Shown in pieces: positions 27,942 to 42,680 of a DNA stretch of 64,000 bases. Under the pieces are notes generated by a model. The model had not been told where the DNA came from. It made no database searches and was given only the letters and a program-made list of their open reading frames with translations. The position numbers were made by a program, and so were the translations under genes. Numbering within the stretch: the stretch's first letter is position 1; each line of letters begins with the position of its first letter. The stretch covers positions 28,768,001 to 28,832,000 of the forward strand of contig OX597831.1 in NCBI GenBank assembly GCA_951406725.2, given 5' to 3'. This DNA comes from Octopus vulgaris. Lineage: Eukaryota.

Positions 27942-28385
27942 AAAGGCTGTGAGCTGGCAGATTTGTGAGCACGTTGGATGAAATGCTTAGCGGTATTTCG
28001 TCTGCTGCTACGTTCTGAGTTAAAATTCCGCCGAGTTCGACTTTGCCTTTCATCCTTTCGGGGTCGATAAATTAAGTACTAACTGAACACTGGGGCTGAT
28101 GTAATCGACTCATCCCCTCCCCCAAAATGGCTGCCATTATGGAAAAATATGAAACCACTATTATGGTTATAAGGCGGTGAGTTGGCAGAATCGTTAGCAC
28201 GTCGGACAAAATGCTTAACGGCATTTCGTCCGTCTTTACGTTCTGAGTTCAAATTCTGCAGAGGTCGACTTTACCTTTCATTCTTTCGGGGTCGATAAAT
28301 TGAGTACCAGTCAAGCACTTGGGTCGATGTGATCCACTATACCCCTCCCCGCCAAATTTCAGGCCTCGTACCTGTAGTAGAAAGG
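27617..28385 (+). mobile_element. Three tandem SINE family A copies (~27617, 27943, 28172)
   Basis: Repeated heads and gtcgacttt.cctttcat..tttcggggtcgataa cores. Confidence 0.85.
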
Positions 28386-28867
28386 TTTACTATTATTATT
28401 ATTGTTATTATTATTATTTTACCTCTTTTATTTTGACACGTATTTTAGTTCCTTTATCCATTATTTTCCACCGATTTTACTATTTATACATACATGCTAG
28501 CTACTGATTGTTTGTTCCAAGCTGTTATTTCCAAATTTTGTGAATTTGTCGTTAAAATTACACAAAAATAAAACAAGGAAAATATCTCTAGTGCTCATTC
28601 AAATATCTTTGAAAACGTTATTCTAAAATAACCTCATCACCACCACTCTCATCGCAATTACGATTTTAACAAGGATAAGTGTTATAGATATAAGAAAATT
28701 TCGGAAAAAAAAAAAATCATCGTAGCAATTCGGAGGTTTCCGTGAATGAAAATTATAAATTTACATTCGACATTGTAAGAATTGGTTATTGTTACGTTAT
28801 GCCATCGTACTGAAATTTAAAGGTTTTTTATTCCTATAAACATAGAAATTTTAGTTTATTTGTTCTA

Positions 28868-29090
28868 AACGCATGTGACCTAGTGGTTAGGGTGTTTCAT
28901 TCACGATCACAAGATCGCGGTTTCGATTCTCATATCAGGCCTTACATTATGTTCTTAAGCGAAACACTTCCCTTCATGCTGCTCCAGTTCACTCGGCTGT
29001 AGATGAGTTAACCTACGACGGACTGACGCCTCGTACAGTGGTAATGTAATATCGAACCAAGCGACCAGCCCTGTGAGTCTTAGGACTTGA
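28868..29090 (+). mobile_element. Degenerate SINE family C-related copy
   Basis: cgcatgtgacctagtggttagggtg head; gctccagttcactcggctgtaga core. Confidence 0.6.
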
Positions 29091-29249
29091 CAAAATACTT
29101 ACATTTATGAGCATATGATGCATATATATGCGCATGCGCATCTTTCTGCATAATGATATACTGACATTTATAAACATGTATAAATATAAACTTTAATTTA
29201 TCGGTTTACTTTTTATATGACTTCACTCTAACTTAATCTTCATAAGTAA

Positions 29250-29470
29250 AGACCTCCTTCAAATATGAATGACCATGGAATTGCACCTAGAATTTTACTC
29301 TCTGAGGCACAATTCCGGACAAAGATGTTTACGGAAGTTCAGCAGTCGCTTGTACATACCCGCCTCCCCTCCCCACACCACTGATGTTATCCAAGGGAAC
29401 GGCAAAGGCCAGTACAGCTTGGCCCGGGTATTGAACTCACTACTTCGTGATTGTGAGCCCAACGCTCTGA
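29250..29470 (-). mobile_element. SINE family C, internally deleted
   Basis: Reverse complement of the 27222 copy (gaatgaccatggaattgcacctagaa; accattgagccacg). Confidence 0.75.
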
Positions 29471-30549
29471 CCATTGAGCCACGTGCTATAAGTAAATGTG
29501 TATAATTAGATGTTTAAACAAATTACAATCAGGTTATAGCATGCTACTGCAAGAACAGAATTATTGTAAAGAAAATTTATCATATTTGGTAGATGGCAGT
29601 TATCCAGCACACCCAGAATATATAAGCATGACAAGAATTAATTTATAACATGAAATACAAACCTGTTTTCATTAATAAATCTGTTTTCTTTAATTTTTTC
29701 TAACGTTCAATATTCAATATTATTTTATTTTGAACATCTTACAAATTAATTCGCTCATAAGCAATTATAATAATTATTATTTAAATTGGAATTAATAATT
29801 ACCATTAATTAGTTTAGAACTAACAGTAATTATTATTAGCTTGCTTTCCTAGAGCGCTAAATGTAAGATTCAATAGACTGCCTTACAAAATACTTTAATG
29901 TACTTAATTACACCTTTTTTATGTTATGATAAAACTATGTACCTGTTATATACTCTGGTTCAACCTCATCAAATGGGTCGCTCTTCAGATATATATAGGT
30001 TTTATTCTGTTTGAAATCATTATTATAAGAAAGGACAGCACTTGATACGAAACTCTGTAGATTGCAAAGCAAAGCGTTGAAACGCCGTTACTGCGTTTAA
30101 TTGTCTTGTAAATTTTCTAACTTCAAATCTTGTCGAGACAATTTTTTTCTTCTGTTATTACTTCAGGGGGCGGTAAAATAAGTATCAGATTAATATGGTG
30201 TCGATGTGAATGTTCCCTTCCCACAAAATATGTTCCCTTATACCGATGTGAAGAGTTATAAATAGTGGCAGTATTTCTCTTTAAAATATTCCAAAGGATA
30301 ATCTTATATGATATAATTTAATATAATTAATTATAATATATTTTGATAATTATTCTATATGGTAATATAGTTTGATATTAAATGGCAATATACTTTACTA
30401 AATATCTCTATGTAACAGTTTAGTTTAATATAATGGCAAAAATACTTTAATATCAAATATTTTTATTTGACAATAGAATGCTAATATCATAGATCGTTAT
30501 ATAGTAACATATTTTTTATATTATATAACTATATATGGCAATATTAATA

Positions 30550-30868
30550 AGACTCCGCCGGTTACGACGACGAGGGTCCCAGCTGATACGATCAACGGAA
30601 CAGCTTGCTCGTGAAATTAACGTGCAAATGGCTGAGCATTCCACAGACACGTGTACCCTTAACGTAGTTCTCGGGGATAATCAGCGTGACACAGAGAGTG
30701 ACAAGGCTGACCCTTTGAAATACAAGTACAACTCATTTTTGCCAGCTGAGTGGACTGGAGCAACGTGAAATAAAGTGTCTTGCTCAAGGACACAACGCGT
30801 CGCCGGGAATCGAACTCACAACCTTATGATCATGAGCCGAATGCCCTAACCACTAAGCCACGCGCCCT
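30550..30868 (-). mobile_element. SINE with family C-like tRNA head and core but a different 3' tail
   Basis: gagcaacgtgaaataaagtgtcttgctcaaggacacaac...gaatcgaactcac...aaccactaagccacgcgcc; flanked by tatatggcaatat / catatggcaatat (TSD-like). Confidence 0.8.
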
Positions 30869-32798
30869 CACATATGGCAATATAATCTTAATATATTTCC
30901 TTATAAAGAGGTATGTTTCGTTATATTTTCTTGATTGAATAATATATTGCTGCGTCAAGATGTGTCCTTTTAGGTTCCGAGTTCAAATCCCGCCGAGTTC
31001 AAATTTGGTTTTTCTAACATACAGGAGTCAGTAAATTTAGAATCACTTCTGTGTTGGAGGGAGAGTAGATTCAACTGGACATACCAGTTCCATATAATAC
31101 TGTAACAGTGTGTCACAAATTCAAGAATCGATATATTTTTGTATTTTAGAAAAAAAGATATTGGGAAAAATCTAATTTAAGGAAAAGTTATGAATATATT
31201 CAAAATTAATTTTGACCATCTTAGGAAAATTTTCAGAAATCTTAATAACAAAACCATCAGTAGTATCGGCGATAACAGCAACAACAACAACGGCAAACTA
31301 GTGTTAGTGATCTGTGTATTATACTTAAATCATATACACTAAAAGCCTTCTAAACTGTGGTATTCATCGCGAGAAAGCATCTTTTATAGTCGCATAGTGT
31401 TAAAAACACAGAAATATATCAGCTACAAACTAAAAATCGCCCAGCAGCAGCAGAGCATTGCTAAATCCGGACTTCTGCTTTTTTTAGCTTCACTAGTAAC
31501 AAGTATCAACAGGCACCGCATTCTGAGCGAAAATCGGCTGCTAAATTTGAACTATTACCGCCTCAGTCGCTTTTAAAGAACGCTAAGAATATATATTTTT
31601 GGTTGCATTTGGAGAATAGTTTTAGTTTTAAAGAATTCCTGGTGATTTGGTAGTTAGAATATTGAACAACATAATCTAAAGATTCAATATGTTGAGTTAC
31701 TTTGTTTTATCGTTTACACTCATCCAAAAACACATGGCATCTAAGAATAATTAATTTTCTAACTATGGAACAAAAACACCTAGCCCAACATTGGTATTAA
31801 TGGAGGAAGAAAGGCCGCTTCCTTTTAAGGATCTTCAAGACTGGGAGGAACGAAGAAAGTTCTCATCAGTCTAGGTTTCTGGTCCGGGTGCATACGACAG
31901 AGTGAACTCCACTAGAGGCAGCCAAGGACTTGAGAAATGGATAAAATATACCATCTAAGTACATGAGCATTCATTCCTACTGGTTTTTAACTACTGAATT
32001 TTTTTTCTAAATGCGCTAACGGTAGAAACTTGCCTACGCTATCGCAGAGAGAATTGAACTCGAAGCATATGTAACTGTGAAGTTAACTTCTTAACTACAT
32101 ACTCACAAATTCATCTCTTAGAGGATTACATATTTTTGTTTCCGGCCAACTGTAGAGCATTCGAATGAAATATTACTTTTCCTTCTTGTTTTAACTCACC
32201 TCACAAGTTTTACATTTCAGTGGGACTCAAAAAGGTGAATCGTTATCTTATATTCTAAAGAACTTGCGACATAAATACAAAGATTCGGTTTCAAGTATAA
32301 ATTTATACTCAGCTGTTATCTAGGCTTCTTATCACCGGCGTAACTTCGGTTGTCAGCAGTTGTATGATAAATAGCCTAGGGTTTCATTCAATCGATTGTC
32401 TTTGATTACAGTGTTTGCAGTGTGGAGAGAATGAAAAGCAAACATTCCATCGAGGTGGATGGATGTTTCGTGCAGAAAATCTCAAAATTGTGCCTTAATT
32501 ACAAAGAATGCTTGCATTAGGATATGAACTCGAGGCCCGTAACATGGCTGTCCATTATCTTACTCTTTCTTCTACCAGCGATCAATATAACTCCTGATTA
32601 CATTTGCAGAAGGACATATACCAATAGGGAAAGGGGAAATGTATCAATCCCTAGTACATTACTGGTATTCAAAGGATAACATGTATGGTCGATTCCTCTA
32701 TTGTTGGCGGCATAGTAACATAGAACGTAAAAGGATCTTAGTGACTATTATTTATTTAAACATAGTCTATATCTTTGTCATCGTCGTCGTCGTCGTCG

Positions 32799-32847
<49 letters not shown>

Positions 32848-33796
32848 TATTATTATCATTATTTTATTTTTTTCATTTCTTTGTTAAATATTTCCGTTAT
32901 TTTACAAAGCATCCGGACAACAAAGAGTTGTATAACAGACGATTATATTATGCGACAGTTTCCCAAATTCATTATTCTCTTAATCCTTTGCATGTCCTGT
33001 GTACTTAATGGGATACGATAGACATACCTCCCTAGCAGCCATGCATTTTATATGTGATACACACTCCCAATTTCTTACAAGTTTTTTTTCAACCACCAGA
33101 GTAACTTAGGACTTAGGAAAGGAAAGTTATGTTATTCAGAACGTATGAAACAGGAGCTAAAGGAAAATATGAAAACAAATATAGACGTTTAGGACAAACT
33201 TATGAAAATGATTTTGATAGGGAAAGAGATAAAAGGTTAAAGAATTAGGTATTGTATAAAATAATGGCATACGACTTCCCATCGATGATATATATATTTA
33301 TGTCACTTTTAGATAATCATATTTCTACAGACTAAATAAGCAATAGATTCTTTCCTAATTCAATATTTCTTTAAACTTGTCAGAAAAATATTTCGCCATC
33401 AACACATTCACATCTTCTATACTTTTATGTCTGATGTAGCTAAGTTATTAACGTGAGGGATATTGTATTGTCATTAACATAAGCGATACGATAAACATTA
33501 CAAGATAGTGTAAAGTGCATACAAAAAATTGATATCCTTTTAATGTCTGGCGTTATAATTGGCGTCAAAATTCTTTGAGTGATGATCTTTTTCTGTCAAC
33601 TTCAAAAGTTATTTGTTATGTTTGTTGTGTTTCTGACATATTTATCTGGTAAACCACAAATGTAGTTTCTGCTGTCGTCTGGATTATTTCCATTTTCCAT
33701 TGTTGCTTCTGCACTTCTGGTTATCTTTTATCTTCAGATCTAGCCATCTTGTGCTGCTATTTTGCTTTAGCATATTTTCATGGCTATATGTGCGCA

Positions 33797-34330
33797 TATC
33801 TATCTATCTATCTATTTATTTATCTTTCTACCTATCCATCTATCCATTCAACCAGCCATTCATTTATCCATCCATTCTTCTGTGTATCCATCCATCTATA
33901 TATCCATCTATCTATCTACCTATTTACCCATGTATCCCATCGATTTATCTATCTATCTATTTATTTATCTTTCTACCTATCCATCTATCCATTCAACCAG
34001 CCATTCATTTATCTATCCATTCTTCTGTGTATCCATCCATCTACATATCCATCTATCTATCTACCTATTTACCCATGTATCCCATCCATTTATCTATCCA
34101 TCCATTCATCTGTCTATATATCTACCTACCTTCCCATCTACCTATCTATGTATCCAGCCATCTATTCATTGGTATCTATCTATCCATCTACCTAACCATG
34201 CATGTGTTTATTTATCTATCAAGCAGTCTATCTGTCTATCTACCAATTTATCCATGTTACTATTCATCTATCTACCCACACATTTATCTATCTATCTATC
34301 TACTTATCTATTTATCTTTCTATCTATCAA
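33797..34330. repeat. TATC/CATC-rich complex tandem repeat, ~150-bp unit, with a related block at 34690-35020
   Basis: Unit ttatctttctacctatccatctatccattcaaccagccattc is repeated. Confidence 0.8.
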
Positions 34331-35287
34331 TCTTAAAAAAAAATGGGTGAATGTAGCAAGGATGGCACGTATGAATGACGAATCCACCTTGAGCATAATC
34401 CTATGAACCCGGAAAAATTTAAAACAGAGTTACTTACTAACATGTGACATTATTGACCGAGGTTACCGTGGTCTTTTCCGTAGGCTTTTCTTTCCACGGA
34501 AAACCTTATCTGTTTCCCCCTTTACACTTTACATCATCACATTTCTGTGATACACGATCCCTATTGATCGTTTTCTTTACGATCCCTTTTGATCGGAAAC
34601 CTAATCCCCCACTTTTTTTCTCCCCCCAAAAGAAAAGCTCTACTTTGTAATTTGTCCCCTCTGTGTTCAACCATGTGTGGCTAATAAAGAAACGTATCTA
34701 TCAATCTATCCAGCCAGCCATTCATCTACCTATCCATTGATCTATCTATGCAGTCATCCGTGTATCGATCCATCTATATATCCATCTATCTACCTGACTA
34801 TCTATCAACCTACCAATCTATCCACCTATGTATCCATCCATTTATCAATACATCCATTTATCTATACATTCATTCATCTATCTATCTATATATCTACCTA
34901 CCTAACTACCTAACTATGTATCCAGCCATCTATTCATCCATATCTATCGATCCAGCCATTTATCTATTCGTTCATGCGTTTATTTATCTATCAAGCAGTC
35001 TATCTGTCTGTCTTTCAATATCTTAACTCAGTTCTTCAATTCTTTCTGGTTACATAATTAATACACACCTGTGCATGCCAATATACGCGTTTGCATACAT
35101 GTGCATGTATGTGCAGGTATGTATGTATATATATTCTCACGTTGCTCTGCGATCACTCCGACACCTAGGGCACGGTACACCGTGCACCGATTTGATGGAG
35201 TGAGCTAATGTACAGTACATACATTTGATCACAATAAGCGAATCACTTGTGGAGGTCGTTCAACAAAAAGCTGAATAATACTCATAC

Positions 35288-35365
<78 letters not shown>

Positions 35366-36562
35366 GTATATATATGTACGTATATATATATATATATATA
35401 TAACTGGGATAGCGGAAGATCGACACATGTACACACGTTATATATCTACAGTTAAATACATGTATATTGTTCTATGTACATATCTTTTTATGTATGAAGG
35501 AATATATTTAACCAGTTCTTCTTCTCCATCTTCTCTTCCTCCTTCAGGTGCACCTGCTACTTATCGCTTTAATTTACTTCCTCTATCTCTGTCTCTGTCT
35601 TTTTTGCTCTCTCTCTCTCTCTCATCTTCTTATTTCCCTCTCTTTTACCTTCTTATCAGCAGAAGCTTTCAATTGTTCTAGATCCCAAATTGCATATCAT
35701 AAAATATGTGTGCTGCTTGTGCTTTTGTGTAGTATGTAAGTCAGTAAGTACGCAAATCTGTAAATTTAAATGTGTCTACGTATGCTTGTGTGTGAATATA
35801 CCAAATGCAAGGATACGCTTCTATATGTAAGCTAGTAACCACCGAAAAAGTTTTTATTTCCCAATTGTAGCCATCTCCTTTCACCTGCGACTGATATTAG
35901 TCTGGTGAAGATAAATTGGCCAGACTACAACTTCCTTATCCAGGCATGTTACGATGCATTTACAACAAGGAGAATATAATAAACAAGGATCTTACGTGAT
36001 GAATTCCATAAAGAAAACTGTTATAGGCTTTATCAATAAGCTGGTATGTATTCTCAGATAAACTTCGACACTTCATGCCATTCATATATTATTTCCAATA
36101 AAGGAGATAATGAAAACATCTTTCACTGAAAACTAAAATCAGAATAATTTAAAAGCACCAAGATACTGTCGTTAATTATATTAAGAAAACAGTTTGATAA
36201 TATCTTATTCAGCAGTCTTGGTGACTTCGTGTGTGAGTATCTGTGTGTGAATAACATTATCAAAGCTAAAATTCAATGATTACAATTTTACTTTTGAATC
36301 GAGAAATACTACAACGAACCACATGACGTGAGATTTCACGTAGGGAAAGTGAAAGTAGCTGCCACTGTTAGATTTAGTGGAACAAATCATATTTATATAT
36401 CTATTACATTAAATCATATTGTATTATATTCTATTGTATTCTATACGTATTCAAAGAATGCATATTATATAATAATCTATAAGTCAAAATTGTTATGAAT
36501 ACACTTTTATGCATGAAAGTAAAATGAGGCTATTCAGTACTGAAACGAAAAATAATATACAT

Positions 36563-36630
<68 letters not shown>

Positions 36631-37011
36631 CATAGAAATATGTTACAAATAGAAAATAGAAACTACACGGGGAAATGTAAGGGGATGCATGTATTAAGCT
36701 TATAATCTAAACGGTTAAAATTTTTATAATATGGTTTATATATAATCTAAATTTTTAAGATATTAACCGCCTGCATTATAAAGTATGTCTGTGTATGTAT
36801 GTATGTAGGTGTGCCTCTCCGTCTATGCATGTGTGTGTGTCTGTGAGTGTATATGTATATCCATAAACACGAAAATAACGCGCTTTCGGATGAAAAAGAT
36901 ATCAAACATGAAGTAGTATGCAAATATTTACATTTATAACATAATGTAGACCAAAGGAATACAATAAAAATCTAGTAATAATAATAATAATAATTATTAT
37001 TATTATTATTA

Positions 37012-37068
<57 letters not shown>

Positions 37069-37358
37069 TTCTGGTAGTCCCAAAATATATAAATTACAAA
37101 AGATCATATTTATGGTTAGCTCAGCTATTTTACGTAAATTTTTTCAATTCCTCTTCATTAAAACAAAATTTTATTTATTCAGTTTTATTAAGAGATTTTT
37201 TTTTAACGTAGGCATCAAGCTTTCTTTTCTTTTTCAGGTATAGGGTACCTCACCTCACCTCTTTGCATCTTTAGATGAAAAACTTTATCTCCCTTAACGT
37301 CTATGTTTTTCGCATAAATTTAAGGTAGAATTTAATAATAATAATGATAATAATAATA

Positions 37359-37436
<78 letters not shown>

Positions 37437-37566
37437 TTATTAATTTCTTGGGAACAGGTAAGGGTATCGAAAGATTATTGAAAGCTTGAGTATATCTAAG
37501 GGTACAGGTAGTGACACGCTACTCACATAAATTCTACAAGGAATAAGACCAAACCTGAGTCAAGTC

Positions 37567-37629
<63 letters not shown>

Positions 37630-37631
<2 letters not shown>

Positions 37632-37727
37632 TTAATAACACCAACATGAACTTCAAACTTGTCTCTTGAGGTCTCTGGGTGAGACTTGGAGCCAACTTGT
37701 ACAAATGTAAAGCAAAAGTCAAACATA

Positions 37728-37730
<3 letters not shown>
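37630..37730 (+). mobile_element. 5'-truncated LINE 3' end embedded in (TAA)n, R4/Dong-like
   Basis: Unique ~100 bp (gaggtctctgggtgagacttggagcc...aaaagtcaaacatag) flanked on both sides by (AAT)n. Confidence 0.5.
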
Positions 37731-37812
<82 letters not shown>

Positions 37813-38232
37813 GATGATGATGATAGGGGTAATTATAATTGTAATAATGATAATGATAATAGTGAAATTGTTACATTTGTTCTTCTTCAACTTAAAATTA
37901 TGTTTGTTATGTATATATATTTTAATTTTTTTTAAAAATTCCCCTTTAGCTTGCATGTTAAGAAAGTCTAATTTCTTCCCATCTATTAATATAGTTATCA
38001 ATTGATGTTGTTGCTACTGTTGTAGTTGCTGTTGTTTTTTGTTGTTATCGTTGTTGTTGTTGGTGTTGGTCATGAAGTTGGTGATGGTGGTGGTGGTGGT
38101 GATTGTTACTTTTATTGTTGTTCTTGTTGACGATCAACAGAGAAATATCATTTCCTGGTTGTTGCTATTCTTTTGCCTTTCTTATTTGCCTTGCTTATAT
38201 ATATATATATGTTTATATGTATATACATATAC

Positions 38233-38302
<70 letters not shown>

Positions 38303-38503
38303 GTATTTATATCTATATATATATGTGTGTAGATAGGTACATATATATATGTATATTTATATACACATATTTATTTATGTATATATATGTATATATATAC
38401 ACACATATGTATATAACGATATATATATACATATATATACATACACACACATATATATATACATATATATATATATATGTATGTATATGTGTATATATAT
38501 ATG

Positions 38504-38654
<151 letters not shown>

Positions 38655-39571
38655 CTGTAGGCTATATTGGTCACTATTATTTTCCCTTTCAAAAACTATT
38701 TCACAATTTGAAAATTTGAATCAATTTTTTCCTGACTTGTTTTCTTCGCGATATTTTTTGTTGTTCTTTCTTTTTTTATCTCTTTCCTCTTGATTCTTTC
38801 TCCATTTCAATATATTTTAAAGCTATCACAGTTTGGCATGACCACCGGTGTAAAACGCCGGATTAAAGGACCTATCCTACTTCTTCGTTTCTGTATTTGT
38901 TCTAACTTATTTTTCTTACGGCAATACTTCTCGGTCTTAACCTTCATTTACTGAGATTAGACTTCGACGAAGATCTAAACCAGTAATATACTTAAGTCGA
39001 TCTAATTGATTACATAGTTTCCGTTTATCAAAGCAATTCGGATTTGCGCTCAGAAAGAAGAAAATTCATTTCCGCCATTTTGTTTGAGCTAATATCGTCG
39101 TTTATGTGGTTTCATAATACTATTTTTCTTACCATTGTTGTTTACAATTTTTTCTTTTGTTGTTGTGTTGTTGTTGTTTTAAAACTTTTTGATGTTGGGG
39201 AAATTTTTTTTGTTATCCCTTTGTACAAGTGTCAAAATCTTACCTTTGCTATTTCTTTCACAAATTTTTGCTATTTTTCGCTTCTTTCGCAAAAATAGTT
39301 GACTATTAGAAAAATATCGTATTTTTTACGATATAGATATAAATATACTTATTTTCTTTTTCTATTCTTCTTATATATTGCTATTTGCCTTTAATGCATT
39401 GCTTAACTCCACACACACATACAAACACACACAGACACATAGAAACAGATCTATTCACATTCATCCATTACTTATGCATACATAAGTACAAATACACACA
39501 TACAAAAACATATATCTATACATGCATGCTTAAACATATAAATACTCACTCGTGGATAAATGTATATTTAC

Positions 39572-39675
<104 letters not shown>

Positions 39676-40034
39676 CATATATACATATATATATATATAC
39701 TTATACACATATATATATATACTTATATACGTATATATATACACATATATATGTACAAATATTCCTGCATACGTATATGTATATATGCAGTGTATATTAG
39801 TACTTGATATACTGTGTGTGTAAGTAAACACATATATGTGTCTGTTTACTTAAAGTATGTTTATCTACACGAACGTATGTGTAGGTGTGTGTGAGAGGTC
39901 ATGTTAAATTCTTTGTACTTCCCTTCTACTTCGCTTTTGCTTTCTATTGTCCCACCCCTTAACCTAAACAACTATAATAGTTAATAAATATATTTATGCA
40001 TATATGTATGTATAAGTATATGTGTTTATGTATG

Positions 40035-40066
<32 letters not shown>

Positions 40067-40528
40067 TGTATGTATGTATGTATGTATATATGTATGTATG
40101 TATGTATACATGTATGTATGTATGTATGTATGTATGTATCTATCTATATATATACGTTTGTGTCTTTGTAAAAAATATCGTCTGAACTTAGGTACCTACA
40201 TATTTATATAGGTATGAGTAAATATATATATATACGTATGCTTGACCATGAATTCTCGTATGTATGCGACGTGAGTGTATATGTGTATATATTTATTATG
40301 TGTGTGTGTGTACATGTTTGTGTGTGCGTGTGTATGTATGCATATTAAATAGTAATTTTGTACATAAGTTACGTATATGCGTTTGTTTTGCAAGAGTCTC
40401 GATGTGAGAACGTGTGTTGAAACAAATGTTGTTATAATCGAGGATGGACCGGCAAAATAAGACTAACCCCAAATACAACAATATTTTTATATAAGTATTT
40501 CTGTTTAATACTGCGCAAGTGGACATAC

Positions 40529-40559
<31 letters not shown>

Positions 40560-42284
40560 TGTATGTATGTATGTATGTATGTATGTATGTATTATGTATG
40601 TATGTATATATATGTAGGTAGGTAGGTAGGTAGGTAGGTAGGTAGCTGTATATGCGTACGTGTGTGTATGTGTGTATATGTATTCACGTGTGCGTGTAAA
40701 ATATGTCTGTTTTTGTTTTGTATATGAAAATATAAGTGTATATGTATGTGTAACTGTGTGCCTATGTATTTATACGTATATCTTCGTACAAATATGTGTA
40801 TTAATGGATCATGAAATAGGTTTAACTTGATCATTTCTTACACAACGTATATTACAATCACGGGTCTGAAACAAAATGTCAACCATTTGTACTCTATTCA
40901 TCTATGAAAACTCAGCAAATGATCTTTTATTCCCTCTATACTCCTATTTCGCAGTCAGTAACATTTTTTTATATGTATTGATAATCTCTATAATTCGCCC
41001 AATGATCTTTTTCCCAACACTGGATATATTTAATAGAAATTTCATAAACGAGGAAGAGTCAAATCCCTAAACCTTGCAGTTTTTTCTGAACTCATTTTTA
41101 TATACATGAAATTATGTTTCATCTCATTAAATAATGGCTGAATAATAGCATGTGTGACAGCGTGTCAGCAGTGACACCTCACAGGTTTTAGATGACGCAT
41201 GGGGAACAATGAACGAAAAAACCTCCTTACAGTTTCATGCTGGAAAAAATTTCAAATTAAATAGTAAGGAGGCAAACATTTCAATAACAGGATTATATAA
41301 GACATAAATATTTCAACTTGAGGAGCTAAAATGCTCTGCTATGATCAACACTGATTAACGTTTGTCTCTGATCCAAATCAATGAGATACAGCCATATCTA
41401 TGGCCCAATATTATTCTATACTCTAATGTTCGGCAAAATGTTTAGCAATATCTAACTATGGTTCTTTAAGATCTGAATTCAAATTCTGCCGTGGCCAACT
41501 AACAGTCGTCATTATAGGACCAATGAAATAAGTACCACTCACATACTGAGGTCCATATTATAGATTCTATTCGTTCAAATTTGAGACCTTGCACCTATGT
41601 TATAAATCAATATTTATCTCACAGTACTACACCCTACCGTCTTTGTTGAACCACTTTTCTTCTTTTAATCCAACCTATATAATTTATAGTGTTTGTTTCT
41701 TTTTGATTTTCATGGGGAGCTATCTTTTAGTTTTCCCTCAAATATGTCTGATATTCTACAACTACTGTTGCTTCTTTTTGTTTTTATTCTTATCAAATCA
41801 CATAAATTTCCTCATGTTATACCACGCCACCTCCATTTAATAGTCAAAAGTGATCCCTTGGATTTCTTTTTGACCCCAAACCTTTTATTGCTCATCTATT
41901 CTACCGTTCTCTCATCCATATTACATATTGTTACTCTCCCCTCTACACAAACACAATACTTCTTTTAATCTTCTGTTATCACCATCTAAGCCGTCACTTT
42001 AGGCAACGTTCTTCCATATTGTGTAGTCTATGTTATCCTTAAGCACCCGTTATCTTATCATATTCCTATGTAATATACTCAACCAAAATTTATTACCCCA
42101 CACTTATTTATATTCTATTACCCCATACGGTTAAATTCTCCACACCATAAACATTTTCTCTCCACTTTATGGAATATATACGATATAATATGTAGAATAT
42201 AATATATTTTCCCCAATGCTCATGTCATCTACATAACTCCATCGGTCTGCCTACAACACTTCATGCCATCGAAACATCAAAGAG

Positions 42285-42680
42285 GACAGTAAAGACGGAT
42301 TGAAAAGTAAATGTATTCCATCAAAAGTGCCTCAGAAAGATCCTGAGGATCAATCTGTGAGATTGTGTCGCAAGTGAGGGGATTCTAAGAAGAGTGAGGC
42401 CATGACCACTGCAAAAGTTTTGGGCGGAGAGCCGATTCCACCTTGCTGGTCACATTCTTCATTTAGTTGATGAACGCAGCTTAAAAACCACCTGACAGTA
42501 AGCGTAAAGAGGGTAGAGCGAAGATCCCTTGGCAGCAGACATTTCAAGATGGTCTTATGGCAGACAACATTACGTAGAATAAATGTGCAAGAGAAGCAGC
42601 CGACCAGACCCGATGGAAGAGCCTTGATGCCCAACACACTGAAAAGCACAGGGGGGCCTAAAGCTAAAAGTAAGCTCGAT
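42285..42680 (+). mobile_element. RTE-clade LINE 3' end, decayed
   Basis: VNVFHQKCLRKILRINL*DCV...ESRFHLAGHILHLVDER...ADQTRWKSL matches the RTE C-terminal FHxxCLRxIL and GHxxR motifs; short-repeat tail ctaaagctaaaagtaag. Confidence 0.8.
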
